Source: an uncultured Enterococcus sp.
GTDB lineage: Bacteria > Bacillota > Bacilli > Lactobacillales > Enterococcaceae
Direction: 5' to 3'
Length of the DNA: 64,000 nucleotides
Assembly (NCBI RefSeq): GCF_913775425.1
Contig: NZ_CAJYIS010000039.1
Span: 754-64,753 of the forward strand
Below the pieces are notes generated by a model that was given only the letters and a program-made list of their open reading frames with translations, searched no databases and was not told where the DNA came from. The position numbers were made by a program, and so were the translations under genes. Positions 20,558 through 32,089 of this stretch are shown here, piece after piece (positions within the stretch are counted from its first letter, which is position 1; each line of letters opens with the position of its first letter).

Positions 20558-20654
20558 TGCAGCGAATGCGAAGACAAAACCGCGGATCTTCATCCTTCGT
20601 CCAATAGGCAACATCCCATCCTTTTGGCACTTAACGCTTTATCTCCTACTCTGA
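20558..20654 (-). ncRNA. THF (tetrahydrofolate) riboswitch
   Basis: Minus strand CAGAGTAG...GCGTTAAGTG...GATGGGATGTTGCC...ACGAA...CGCGG...GCATTCGCTGCA matches the THF aptamer consensus; folT lies downstream. Confidence 0.92.
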
Positions 20655-20729
20655 TTTTTTGTGAAGTGACTTCACACGTTCACTATACCATGCTGTACTT
20701 TGAACAACAATCGTTTTTTCATGAGTTTT

Positions 20730-21329
20730 CTAATTTTTTTCGAGATTTATTTCAGAAAATGTTCGGCTTTGCGCTTTTGCTTTTGCAAATACAGGAACGC
20801 TAAACAAGCGACTAAGATTTTTAGCGATGATAAAAGCCAAAGTAAAATCGATCATACTATGTAAGATCCCACCTACACCCAGTAATCCAAAAAGAAAACC
20901 AAAAAAGTTTTGATCGATTGCAGCACCACTGATCGAACCGGTCGCATAAAAAGCCCATACTATCGTAACTTCTGCTAGTACATGGATCAAGGCCATCACA
21001 AAATTAAACAATTGAAAGCGAACAGGATGACTGACAGTTTGTGGATAACGCTTCAAATAGATTGCACCGATCATAGCAAATACAACATGGGTCAAGGCTC
21101 TAGCTGCAATGATCAACGGGGTCGTCATCAAAAAACCAAACGTCGTCCCTAAGGCAACGGCAAGTGCCATCATCGGTGAAAAAAACATCGCCAACATGAC
21201 TGGAACATGACTAGCGAGCGTAAATGAAGCTGGACCGATCACGACTTTAGGCATCACCATCGGAATCAAGATTCCCATTGCGATCAATAAAGCAGCGATT
21301 GTCAGTGAACGAACAGAACGAGTTTTCAT
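20730..21329 (-). CDS. niaX: Niacin ECF transporter S component
   Basis: LLIAMGILIPMVMP...GPASFTLASHVPV signature, plus upstream NiaR-like boxes. Confidence 0.85.
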   Translation of the reverse strand: MKTRSVRSLTIAALLIAMGILIPMVMPKVVIGPASFTLASHVPVMLAMFFSPMMALAVALGTTFGFLMTTPLIIAARALTHVVFAMIGAIYLKRYPQTVSHPVRFQLFNFVMALIHVLAEVTIVWAFYATGSISGAAIDQNFFGFLFGLLGVGGILHSMIDFTLAFIIAKNLSRLFSVPVFAKAKAQSRTFSEINLEKN

Positions 21330-21344
21330 ACATTGCTCCTTAAT

Positions 21345-21404
21345 GTGTCAAGACACTTTTGATACTTCGTATTGTACGCACAATCTCCTTATGTGTCAAG
21401 ACAG
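21345..21404 (-). promoter_or_regulatory. Two NiaR-type operators
   Basis: GTGTCAAGACAC (21345-21356) and GTGTCAAGACAG (21393-21404); the core TGTCTTGACA is the NiaR box core. Confidence 0.75.
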
Positions 21405-21414
21405 TTAAAGAATC

Positions 21415-21452
21415 AAAAAAAGAAGCTATGACAGATTTCTGTCATAGCTTTT
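21415..21452 (-). terminator. Terminator after rsmA (TGACA...TGTCA hairpin family)
   Basis: AAGCTATGACAGA-TT-TCTGTCATAGCTT with A-tract. Confidence 0.8.
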
Positions 21453-21453
21453 G

Positions 21454-22898
<1,445 letters not shown>

Positions 22899-22899
22899 G

Positions 22900-23670
22900 C
22901 TACTCACCGATCCTAAACAAGCGACGTGCATTTTGAGTCGTTTGATTCGCTACTTCTTCCACGCTCATCTCACGCAAAGCCGCAATCTCGTCGACTACAT
23001 ATTTGGTATAGCCAGGTTCATTGCGTTTGCCTCGAAATGGGACTGGTGCAAGATAAGGCGCATCCGTTTCGACCAATAAACGATCTAACGGTACGACTTG
23101 TGCAGCTTCTTTGACTTCAAGTGCTTTTTTAAACGTCACGACACCACTAAACGAAATATGCATGCCAAGATCTAAAAATTTCTTCGCCCATTCTCCATCG
23201 CCGCTAAAGCTGTGCATGATCCCACCGATATCTTGGATATTAGCTTCTTTTAAAATCGCATAAGTATCTTCCATCGCATCGCGCGTGTGGATACTGATTG
23301 GCAAGTTAAATTCTTTGGCGATCTCAATTTGGCGTTTAAACACTTTGGCTTGGACTTCTTTAGGATCTTCCATCCAATAATAATCCAAGCCGATTTCGCC
23401 TAAAGCCACGACTTTAGGCAATGTCAATTGACGGTATAATGTCGTTTCGATTTCTTTTGTATAGCTTCCAGCTTCTGTCGGGTGCCAGCCGATAATACTA
23501 TAGATCCCGTCATAACGCTGACTTAATGCTAACGACTTTTCAATAGTCGGCGTATCAAATCCAACAACGGCCATTTCAGTGACACCTAATGTATGCGCAC
23601 GGTCGATCGTTTCATCGATCTCATCTTGGAACTGTTCGGCATTTAAATGGGTATGCGTATCAAAAATCAT
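22900..23670 (-). CDS. tatD: TatD family hydrolase/DNase
   Basis: [33 protein letters not shown]; conserved tatD-rnmV-rsmA order. Confidence 0.95.
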   Translation of the reverse strand: MIFDTHTHLNAEQFQDEIDETIDRAHTLGVTEMAVVGFDTPTIEKSLALSQRYDGIYSIIGWHPTEAGSYTKEIETTLYRQLTLPKVVALGEIGLDYYWMEDPKEVQAKVFKRQIEIAKEFNLPISIHTRDAMEDTYAILKEANIQDIGGIMHSFSGDGEWAKKFLDLGMHISFSGVVTFKKALEVKEAAQVVPLDRLLVETDAPYLAPVPFRGKRNEPGYTKYVVDEIAALREMSVEEVANQTTQNARRLFRIGE

Positions 23671-23818
23671 CTATGTTCCTCCTTAATTCTCTTCCATACA
23701 ATAGCATATTTTGACAAATTTCTAAATGGAAAGCTCTGATTTTCAAGAAAATCTCAGTCCTAGGAACGATGGCAAAAGTCTAGGCATTCTTTATACTAAA
23801 TAAAAAGGAGATGGTTTC

Positions 23819-24415
23819 TTGAATCGATTGCTAACGCGTATCAAAACACTTATTCAAGCACCCAAAACAAAACAAGAAGCAGTAGGTAGTTGGAGCCACT
23901 GGTCCTTGTTTATTTTATTCGGTTTGCTTTGTATCGTGCCATTTTGGGGCAAAGGTTTGATCCTATTGGCATTACTTGGGCTCGTTGCATTGATCAATGG
24001 TCCGATGCTATTTGTATTTGGAATGATCTATACGGCATTATTTAGCCTGTTCCCTCCACTTGCCTTACTGTTTAGTTTGATCTTATTGATCCGCGAAACT
24101 TTTTTCTTTGTGCGCAATTGGCGCTTTGGCTTACTAGCCACTTATTTTTATGGTATGCCAGTTTTGTTTACCTTGCTTTTGACCCACTCACCTTATCCGA
24201 TCGTTGTGACCAAACTCATTTTATTGTGTCTTAGTCTTTTGATCTTATATGCTTTGAGTGCGCTCGTTTACACTCGATCGTTTAATAGTCATGGTTTGCT
24301 TTGGAATGTGATCAGCATTCCATATGATGTGCTGTTATTCTTGATCCCTAAACGATTTTCTAAACGTTTCTCTCGACAAACGCATCTTTCCCCGGCGCGA
24401 AAGCATTTTAAATAA
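23819..24415 (+). CDS. Hypothetical membrane protein
   Basis: TTG start behind an AAGGAG RBS; several TM segments; basic C-terminus. Confidence 0.65.
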   Translation: MNRLLTRIKTLIQAPKTKQEAVGSWSHWSLFILFGLLCIVPFWGKGLILLALLGLVALINGPMLFVFGMIYTALFSLFPPLALLFSLILLIRETFFFVRNWRFGLLATYFYGMPVLFTLLLTHSPYPIVVTKLILLCLSLLILYALSALVYTRSFNSHGLLWNVISIPYDVLLFLIPKRFSKRFSRQTHLSPARKHFK

Positions 24416-24531
24416 TATATGTAATTTTTTAGTAATCGATCAAATCTTTTTTGTTTTGTTCGATTGCTTTTTTTGTGATTTTCGCCTATTCTAAGGTTAT
24501 CTATTAATTCTAGTTAAGGAGCGCTTTTTGC

Positions 24532-25443
24532 ATGATCTTCTTTTATATTTGTCTCCTTCTGCTCGTTGGTTTTCTAGTATATATCTTTGTTATCGAACCT
24601 AGCCGCTTGCTTGAAACGCATTATTTTATCCGTAAAGATAAGAAAAAAGTCTTGGATATTACAAGCGCAGCTGATCTTTATCAAGGAAAAACTAGTATCG
24701 TACTAGCGCAGATCAGTGACCTCCATTTTTCACGATGGTATCCACCGCGAAAACTCAACCGTGTGATCAAACAGCTACTTGTGACGAAACCCGATATGAT
24801 CATCTTTACTGGGGACTTGATTTCAAACTACGCTCGTTGGCCACAACGCAATACCAAGAAATTGATCGAAAAGTTAAAAAAACTCCATGCACCACTAGGA
24901 AAGTTTGCGATTTTAGGCAACCACGATTATGCCCATGATGGCCAATACTTTGTTCGTGAAGTTTTAAAAAAAGCCGATTTTCAGTTACTTGTAAACGAAC
25001 AAGCTTATTTTACAAATGACGATGTGTCTTTAACAATCGTTGGGTTAGATGATTCTTTGAAAGGTCGTCCTAGCTATAAGTATCAACAAACATTTGCCGA
25101 TTGGCATATCTTACTGACTCACGAACCAGACAGTGTCGAAGATATCCCACATATCGATCGGTTTGATCTCGTCTTAGCCGGACACAGCCATGGTGGCCAG
25201 ATTCGTTTACCACGTTATCGACCGACGCACAAAGGATCCACAAAATTCACCCACGGATTGTATTTGTTAGCTGAAAAGACATTGCTATCTGTAAACACGG
25301 GTATTGGGATGACTGCTATCCCAGCACGGTTAGGTGTCCCACCAACCGTTACGTATTATCATCTAGAAAAAGAAGAAAAAGCTGCCGTTTTAGTCTCTAA
25401 AAAACAAGGATCTAAACCACGTAAAAAAAGTGAGCGAGTCTAA
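24532..25443 (+). CDS. Metallophosphoesterase (YkuE-like)
   Basis: SDLH, FTGDL, GNHD, THEP, GHSHGGQ motifs; N-terminal anchor. Confidence 0.9.
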   Translation: MIFFYICLLLLVGFLVYIFVIEPSRLLETHYFIRKDKKKVLDITSAADLYQGKTSIVLAQISDLHFSRWYPPRKLNRVIKQLLVTKPDMIIFTGDLISNYARWPQRNTKKLIEKLKKLHAPLGKFAILGNHDYAHDGQYFVREVLKKADFQLLVNEQAYFTNDDVSLTIVGLDDSLKGRPSYKYQQTFADWHILLTHEPDSVEDIPHIDRFDLVLAGHSHGGQIRLPRYRPTHKGSTKFTHGLYLLAEKTLLSVNTGIGMTAIPARLGVPPTVTYYHLEKEEKAAVLVSKKQGSKPRKKSERV

Positions 25444-25460
25444 ACTCGTTCACTTTTTTT
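25423..25460. terminator. Bidirectional terminator
   Basis: AAAAAAAGTGAGCGAG-TCTAAA-CTCGTTCACTTTTTTT between convergent genes. Confidence 0.75.
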
Positions 25461-27204
25461 GTATCAATCCTTGTGCGATCTTCGTAAGGTTCCATTCCAT
25501 CATCGCATAATAGCTATCACCAGTTTCACCCGGTTTTGCGATCGAATCGGTAAACAATTCACTATAGATCGGTTTATCGGTTTGTCGTGCAATGCTTTCC
25601 ATCGGTTTTCTCGAGACACTCGTTTCAACAAACACCACTGGCACTGGACTATCTATCAAGCGATCGACTAGATCTTTTACTTGTTGTGGAGTCCCTTCTT
25701 GTTCCGTATTGATTGGCCAGATATAAGCAAACGGGATCTCATACGCTTTAGAAAAGTATTGGAACGCCCCTTCACTCGTGACGATCAACCGATTTTCCTC
25801 AGGGATCTGCGCGATTTGTTGGCGTATCTCATCATCTAATGTTTGTAATTTTTGGTTATACTGTTTTGCATTTTGCTCATATTCATTTTGATGATCTGGA
25901 TCTTTTTGGCTTAATATGCGGGCGATCTCGGTGATATACTTTTGTCCATTTTCAAGCGCTAACCAAGCATGTGGATCTAGTTGCGCTTCAGTCTGTTCAA
26001 GACTCCCTTCAATATACAAGGGTTCTACTGTACGACTTGCGGCAAAATAATCTTGATCCGCTTGTTTATGCGTCGTCTCCATTAATTTTTGAAACCAACC
26101 ATCACTTCCAGCTTCTAGGTTCAATCCATTGTAAACAACCACATCTGCTTCACTTACTTTTACGATATCTTCTGGTAACGGTTCATGTTCATGAGGATTT
26201 TTCCCGACTGGAACTAATGAATGGACCTGTACATGATCTTGTCCAACTTGTTGAACCAAATCATACAAAATCGAATTTGTGACAACGACCGATAGCTTGT
26301 CATTTTTTGGCGTCGCGGTTTGGAAAAATAATAAACTACCTAAACCAATGACCGCACTTATCACACCCACACTACGCCATATCTTGACTTGTTTCAATTG
26401 ATGTTTGGGTGAAAAGACAAAGGCGAACACAAACTGTGCAGCTGCAAATAGCACGATACTTGAACCGGCGGACAAATTGTAAATATACCCGATCCACAAT
26501 CCAAAAAAAGATGCGCTCGCTCCAAAAAAGGCTGCGAGAGCCAACATATAATGCAGACGTTTACTAAATAAAAAAGCTGTTGCTGCTGGTGTGATCAATA
26601 GCGAGACGACTAGCATCGTGCCGACACTTTGCATCGCGGTGATCGATACGATCGTCAGCAGTAGCATCAAAAGATAATGAAACCATTGAACTTTGATCCC
26701 ACTAGCTTTAGCCATCATCGGATCAAACGAGGTCAAAAATAAGGGACGATAGCAAACGACCAATACACCCACTACCAAGATCGCGATCCCGATCGTTTGC
26801 CACATTTCTTGTTTTGTTACCGCTAGAATGTTTCCAAACAACACATGGAACAAATCAGTTGAACTGTTGGATACACCGATCAAGATGACACCTAAAGCTA
26901 AGAAACTACTAAAGGTAATGCCGATTGCTGTATCTTGTTTGATCACGCTTTGACTTGAGATAGAAGAAATCAAAAAAGAAGCCACGATCCCAAAACAAAG
27001 TGCTCCCCAAAAATAAGAGATGCCAAAGATATACGATAAGGCAACCCCAGGTAAAACGGCATGTGAGATCGCATCACCCATCAAAGATAATCCTCTCAAG
27101 ATAATAAAACATCCTAGCATACCTGATACGATGCCGATGGCTAATGCCGTCACGAGAGCATGTTGTAAAAACGTATATTGTCCTAAAGCCTCAAAAAAAA
27201 TCAT
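25450..27204 (-). CDS. Mn/Zn ABC permease fused to a PsaA/MntC-type solute-binding domain
   Basis: N-half GDAISHAVLPG permease; C-half NPHEHEP, DPHAWL, TSEGAFQYF, ETSV, FTDS. One frame, no lipobox. ATG 27204 overlaps the ATPase stop. Confidence 0.9.
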   Translation of the reverse strand: MIFFEALGQYTFLQHALVTALAIGIVSGMLGCFIILRGLSLMGDAISHAVLPGVALSYIFGISYFWGALCFGIVASFLISSISSQSVIKQDTAIGITFSSFLALGVILIGVSNSSTDLFHVLFGNILAVTKQEMWQTIGIAILVVGVLVVCYRPLFLTSFDPMMAKASGIKVQWFHYLLMLLLTIVSITAMQSVGTMLVVSLLITPAATAFLFSKRLHYMLALAAFFGASASFFGLWIGYIYNLSAGSSIVLFAAAQFVFAFVFSPKHQLKQVKIWRSVGVISAVIGLGSLLFFQTATPKNDKLSVVVTNSILYDLVQQVGQDHVQVHSLVPVGKNPHEHEPLPEDIVKVSEADVVVYNGLNLEAGSDGWFQKLMETTHKQADQDYFAASRTVEPLYIEGSLEQTEAQLDPHAWLALENGQKYITEIARILSQKDPDHQNEYEQNAKQYNQKLQTLDDEIRQQIAQIPEENRLIVTSEGAFQYFSKAYEIPFAYIWPINTEQEGTPQQVKDLVDRLIDSPVPVVFVETSVSRKPMESIARQTDKPIYSELFTDSIAKPGETGDSYYAMMEWNLTKIAQGLIQKK

Positions 27205-27929
27205 GAGCTCCCCTCCTGTAAGATCATCGTTTGTGTGCCATAGGTTTTTGTGATCCACTTTGGAATGAATACGTCTTTAGTTTTGCCATATGTGATCAAT
27301 CGTTTATTCATCAATATGACTTCATCAAAATAGTCGTTTACTTTTCCTAGATCATGATGGACGATAAAAATGTACGTTCCTTGATCACGCAATTGTCTTA
27401 AGACATTCATGATCAGTTCTTCGCTATTGCGATCGATCCCAACGAATGGTTCATCTAAAAAAATCACTTTCGCTTGTTGGACTAACGCTCGTGCTACTAA
27501 AACGCGTTGGAATTGCCCTCCTGATAATTCACCGATTTGCCGCAACGAAAATGACTCCATCTCGACTTTCGCTAATGCTTGATCGACTTTTTGCCATTCC
27601 GCTTTCGAGATCTTTTTATAAAATGGGCGATTTGGATACAACCCTAATGAAACACATTCTCTTACTGTAATCGGAAACGTCCGGTCGATTTCAGCTTTTT
27701 GTTCGACATAAGCGATATATTGGCGCAGTGCAGTGATCTCTTGTTGATCGATCTTTGCTTGACCTGTAGCTGGAACCAGTTTTAGTATCCCTTTGATCAA
27801 GGTCGATTTTCCCGCGCCATTTGGTCCTAATATCCCGATCAACGCTGGTGTTGCTATTGATACAGACACACGATCTACAGCAAGCTCATCTTTACGATAG
27901 CGAACACTGATTTCGTTTAACTCGATCAT
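27201..27929 (-). CDS. Metal ABC transporter ATP-binding protein
   Basis: GPNGAGKST, LSGGQFQRV, LDEPFVGID, HHDL. Confidence 0.95.
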   Translation of the reverse strand: MIELNEISVRYRKDELAVDRVSVSIATPALIGILGPNGAGKSTLIKGILKLVPATGQAKIDQQEITALRQYIAYVEQKAEIDRTFPITVRECVSLGLYPNRPFYKKISKAEWQKVDQALAKVEMESFSLRQIGELSGGQFQRVLVARALVQQAKVIFLDEPFVGIDRNSEELIMNVLRQLRDQGTYIFIVHHDLGKVNDYFDEVILMNKRLITYGKTKDVFIPKWITKTYGTQTMILQEGSS

Positions 27930-27960
27930 CGTTTTCCTCCTTTTTAGTTTAGTTCATTTT

Positions 27961-27974
27961 TTAGGCTAACCTAA
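27961..27974. promoter_or_regulatory. DtxR/MntR(EfaR)-type operator
   Basis: Palindrome TTAGG-CTAA-CCTAA 32 bp upstream of the metal ABC operon. Confidence 0.7.
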
Positions 27975-28149
27975 ACTTTTGATTCAGTATACCTTTATTT
28001 TGCTGCTTTTTCAAGATTCGTAGTATTTTTTTATGCTTTTGAAATTTACTATAAAAAAGTAAGGACTTATTTATTGTAAGTTATAAAAAAATAGTGTATG
28101 CTAAGTTCAGTTAAAAAATTAAAGATTAAGAATAGGTGGAAAAAACTTC

Positions 28150-28770
28150 ATGAAAAACGTATTAGTCGTAAAAGGAAACAACCGTCCAGATGGAACTTCA
28201 ACTGCAATGTATAACACATTTGTAGAAAACTTAGATGCAACAAAAGTAAACATCGATACATTTGATGTATTTGCTCAAGATATGCCTTATATCGGTCAAA
28301 CATTATTTGATGCTTTTGGTAAAATGGCGACAGACAAACCATTTACAGATGCTGAACAAAAACTAATGGATATCCGTGAAGTCGTTCAACAAAAATTTTC
28401 TAAAGCAGACGTTGTCGTTTTTGCTTTCCCAATGTGGAACTTAACAATCCCTGCAGCATTACACACGTTCATCGACTACATCTTCCAAGCTGGTTACACA
28501 TTCTCATACAACCAAGATGGAACAATGAACCAATTACAAGCAGGTAAAGAAATCATTTTACTTAACGCTCGTGGTGGAATTTACTCTTCTGGTGATGCAG
28601 TTGCTATGGAAACTGCTGTAACTTACATGGAAAAAACTTTTGGTGGTATGTTCGGTATGAACATCACAGACACAGTGATTATCGAAGGACACAATGCTGA
28701 TCCTTCTAAAACAGCTGAAATCGTTGAAGCTGGTTTATCTCGTGTAGCTGAAGTCGCTAAATCTTTATAA
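28150..28770 (+). CDS. FMN-dependent NADH-azoreductase (AcpD/AzoR family)
   Basis: FPMWNLTIPAAL.TFIDYI.QAG.TF.Y, ARGG.Y, IIEGHN. Confidence 0.9.
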   Translation: MKNVLVVKGNNRPDGTSTAMYNTFVENLDATKVNIDTFDVFAQDMPYIGQTLFDAFGKMATDKPFTDAEQKLMDIREVVQQKFSKADVVVFAFPMWNLTIPAALHTFIDYIFQAGYTFSYNQDGTMNQLQAGKEIILLNARGGIYSSGDAVAMETAVTYMEKTFGGMFGMNITDTVIIEGHNADPSKTAEIVEAGLSRVAEVAKSL

Positions 28771-28774
28771 TAAT

Positions 28775-28812
28775 AAAAAATAAGCGCTAGGTTATCCTAG
28801 CGCTTATTTTTT
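28775..28812 (+). terminator. Intrinsic terminator
   Basis: AAAAAATAAGCGCTAGG-TTAT-CCTAGCGCTTATTTTTT. Confidence 0.9.
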
Positions 28813-28870
28813 TGTTTTCTAAACATTTTGACGTACACTAGATAAAAAACTACTACACGGAGCGTGAACC

Positions 28871-30256
28871 ATGGATATCAAAACGAGTGTGCAAATCCAA
28901 AAAGAATATTATCTAAGTAATCAAACTCGACCGCTAGCTTTTCGATTAATGCAATTAAAAAAACTAGAACGAGCAATCAATGAAAAAACGGACGAATTGT
29001 ATCAAGCATTTGAACAAGATCTGCATAAGTCAGCTTTTGAAACATATGCCACAGAAATCGGATTTGTCTTACAAAGCATTCGTCAAACACGTAAAAAATT
29101 AGCCCGTTGGATGCGTCCTAGAAAAGCGAAAAATCCAACTTATCTTTTAGGTGCATCAAGCTATTCGATTTTTGAACCACTAGGCACTGTTTTGATCATG
29201 GGTCCATTTAACTATCCTTTCCAACTTGTGATCGAACCTTTGATCGGTGCCATCGCAGCTGGAAACACAGCAGTCATCAAGCCATCAGAGTATACGCCAA
29301 ATGTCACCAAAGTCATTAAAAATATGCTCGCAACTATTTTTGATCCTGAGTTCGTTACAGTGATCGAAGGTGAAGTAAAAGAGACGACAGAACTATTGGC
29401 TCAACCGTTCGACCATATCTTTTTTACTGGTAGTCCTGCTGTTGGGAAAATCGTGATGAAAGCTGCAAGTCAGCATTTGGTTCCTGTAACGCTTGAACTA
29501 GGTGGAAAAAGTCCAGCGATCGTCACAGAGAGCAGTGAACTCAATACAGCTGCTGAAAAGATCGCTTGGGGAAAATTCGTCAATGCTGGTCAAACTTGTG
29601 TCGCACCTGACTATGTGCTTGTAGAAGAAAGCATCGCACATGATTTTACGCGTGAGTTGACGCTCCATTTACAAAAATTTTATGGTCTTGAACCTAAAAA
29701 AAGTCCAGATTTTGGGCGTTTAGCAACGGAAAAACACACCTCGCGCTTTGTTGAACTATTGCAACAAACCAATGGAAAAATCGTTTTAGGTGGTGAGATC
29801 GATGTCCCATCTCGCTTTGTCGCACCCACGATCGTCACAGAATTAACATTTGAGGATGCGTTGATGCAAGAAGAACTTTTTGGTCCAGTTCTGCCGATCT
29901 TGACCTATTCAAAACACGCGTTTGAAGAAGAAGTGATTCGACCGATCCAAAAACTCGAAAAACCACTCGCCCTATATCTTTTCACTAAAGAAAAAAAAGC
30001 CGAAGATCTCGTCTTGGCTAATCTAAGTTTTGGTGGTGGTGTGATCAACGATACCTTACTCCATCTAACGAATGAGTATCTTCCTTTTGGTGGTGTTGGC
30101 CAATCTGGTATGGGACATTATCATGGTCACTATAGCTTTTTGACATTCTCACATCAAAAAGCGATTGTAAAAAAACGCGAGTTACCAAAATTAGCGATGC
30201 TTTATCCACCTTATACCAATAAAAAGTTTGCCTTGATCAAAAAATTTATGAAATAA
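28871..30256 (+). CDS. NAD(P)-dependent aldehyde dehydrogenase (ALDH3-like)
   Basis: PFNYP, FFTGS..VG, LELGGKSP, NAGQTCVAPD, EELFGP, PFGGVGQSG. Confidence 0.95.
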   Translation: MDIKTSVQIQKEYYLSNQTRPLAFRLMQLKKLERAINEKTDELYQAFEQDLHKSAFETYATEIGFVLQSIRQTRKKLARWMRPRKAKNPTYLLGASSYSIFEPLGTVLIMGPFNYPFQLVIEPLIGAIAAGNTAVIKPSEYTPNVTKVIKNMLATIFDPEFVTVIEGEVKETTELLAQPFDHIFFTGSPAVGKIVMKAASQHLVPVTLELGGKSPAIVTESSELNTAAEKIAWGKFVNAGQTCVAPDYVLVEESIAHDFTRELTLHLQKFYGLEPKKSPDFGRLATEKHTSRFVELLQQTNGKIVLGGEIDVPSRFVAPTIVTELTFEDALMQEELFGPVLPILTYSKHAFEEEVIRPIQKLEKPLALYLFTKEKKAEDLVLANLSFGGGVINDTLLHLTNEYLPFGGVGQSGMGHYHGHYSFLTFSHQKAIVKKRELPKLAMLYPPYTNKKFALIKKFMK

Positions 30257-30350
30257 GTTAAGTTTTGCTTTTTTTTCAAATTTTTCTAGACCTTACTCGT
30301 GAACTTCTTTACTATAGAGATAAGAATGTATTTAAAGGAGCGAATTTCTT

Positions 30351-30995
30351 TTGGCACTGATCGATTTTATTATCCATATCGATGCTCATCTTTTGGCATT
30401 GGTCAATCAATATGGCTGGGGCGTTTATCCCCTGTTATTTTTAATTATCTTTGTAGAAACCGGCGTAGTTATCTTTCCTTTTTTACCAGGTGATTCTCTA
30501 CTCTTTGCAGCTGGAGCATTAGCTGCTGTCGGCAGTAGTGTACTCCATCTTCCCACTTTGTTTTTGACTTGCGTCGTAGCAGCGATTTTAGGTGATTTAT
30601 TGAATTATTGGCTTGGTCGAACATTTGGATTGAAGGTCTTATATGATGGAAAACTATCTCGTTTTATTCGACAAGAAGAAGTCGAAAAAGCGGAGCATTT
30701 CTTTAATGAAAAAGGAAAACATACGATTTTTATCGGACGTTTTTTACCTTTCGTTCGTACCTTTATCCCATTCATCGCTGGAGCTAGTCAGATGAGTTGG
30801 CGCTTGTTTAGCTTTTACAATATCGTCAGTGCGATCTGTTGGTCAGCGATCGGGTTGTTCGCAGGCTATTTCTTAGGATCGATTCCATTTATCAATGAAC
30901 ACTTCTCGATCATTATGATCGGAATCATCCTCGTGTCACTTGTTCCAATTCTTGTAACGATCATTAAAAATCGTAAAGTACGCACATCTAAATAA
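30351..30995 (+). CDS. DedA family membrane protein
   Basis: FVETG....PFLPGDSLLF, GRFLPFVRTF. Confidence 0.92.
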   Translation: MALIDFIIHIDAHLLALVNQYGWGVYPLLFLIIFVETGVVIFPFLPGDSLLFAAGALAAVGSSVLHLPTLFLTCVVAAILGDLLNYWLGRTFGLKVLYDGKLSRFIRQEEVEKAEHFFNEKGKHTIFIGRFLPFVRTFIPFIAGASQMSWRLFSFYNIVSAICWSAIGLFAGYFLGSIPFINEHFSIIMIGIILVSLVPILVTIIKNRKVRTSK

Positions 30996-31147
30996 AAAAG
31001 TGGGCAGCGCGAATAAATAAGCCACCACATTGCCGATAATAGAGTCATCTATTTCGGTAATGTGGTGGCTTATTTTTGAAGGAGTTGCTTTTAGAAGACC
31101 GTTTATCCGATGTTTAGGCAGTGTGACAGCGTGCTGTCATGCCTCCT
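30996..31147 (+). repeat. Dispersed structured intergenic repeat, copy 1 (left end missing)
   Basis: Shares AAATAAGCC...CTATTTCGG...GGCTTATTT...GAAGGAGTT.CTT...ACC.TTTAT...GTGTGA...TGTCA with 38826-38987 and 49706-49863. Confidence 0.85.
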
Positions 31148-32089
31148 TTATTTTTTGGCAAAATGTTGGACTACAATGGTTTGTGTAGAGGTTTCAAAAA
31201 CACCTACCCCCACTTGGTCAAAAAATTCCGTTTCCATCGTTTCACGATGACCTTGTTGACTATTACTTAAATTAGTAATGGAAAGTTTAGCACTTGTTTC
31301 AATCGACTCTTGATGTGGAATCAAGGCGATATTTTCTGCATAATCTGAAAAATCTGTGATGGCCAAATTTTGATAAAGTGACGCAAAACTTTGTCCATTC
31401 GGTCGTAGATGTTGGGCTAACTTTTGTTGATCAGCATAGCTAGTATCAAATGTACTGATTTCTTTTGCTCGTAGATACGCACCTGTATCCAGACGCGTTT
31501 CATGCTGTAACAGCGGTTTGCCTTTTTCCAGACGATAGGTCGCTAATTGCGTGTATACCGCTTGACTGATCGCTATTTCACGCGTAGTCGGTTGCGCGTT
31601 TAGTAATTCACTTGAAACGGCATACCAAGCGACTCCTTCATCTTGCCAGCCCGCTTTAACTAACAGATCGATTTCGTTTTGACTGATCGTATAATGGTGA
31701 CTACCTGAAGTCGCATATTTATTATACGCCCGGTAGACTGGTGTACCGCTAGCTAATGCGTACCAACCAACTCCTTCATCTTGCCAACCTAATTGAACCA
31801 AATGATTTTTTTCACTTTCCGAACTCGTGTAATGATGATCCCCTGCTTTTCGATTGTATACCCGAAAAACCGGGATGCCTGCTACTGGAGCTTCAAATGC
31901 TTCTCCTTCGTCTTGCCAACCTAGATCGATCAACGTCTGACGTTCCACAGCAGAAGCCGTATAAAAATGTTCTCCACTATTTTGATTATACAAACGAGAC
32001 ATCATCTGTGTTTCTTTTGCTAAAACGGGTTTGGTTGACATAAAACTTGTCGCCATCACGAACACTAATACTAGTCCATAACGCTTCAT
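31148..32089 (-). CDS. Secreted protein: DUF5648-type repeats plus CAP(SCP)-like domain
   Basis: Signal peptide; RLYNQNSGEHFYT / GWQDEG repeats x3; C-terminal RAKEI...HLRPNG...AENIA...GHRETM...VGVGV. ATG 32089 overlaps the upstream TGA. Confidence 0.8.
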   Translation of the reverse strand: MKRYGLVLVFVMATSFMSTKPVLAKETQMMSRLYNQNSGEHFYTASAVERQTLIDLGWQDEGEAFEAPVAGIPVFRVYNRKAGDHHYTSSESEKNHLVQLGWQDEGVGWYALASGTPVYRAYNKYATSGSHHYTISQNEIDLLVKAGWQDEGVAWYAVSSELLNAQPTTREIAISQAVYTQLATYRLEKGKPLLQHETRLDTGAYLRAKEISTFDTSYADQQKLAQHLRPNGQSFASLYQNLAITDFSDYAENIALIPHQESIETSAKLSITNLSNSQQGHRETMETEFFDQVGVGVFETSTQTIVVQHFAKK

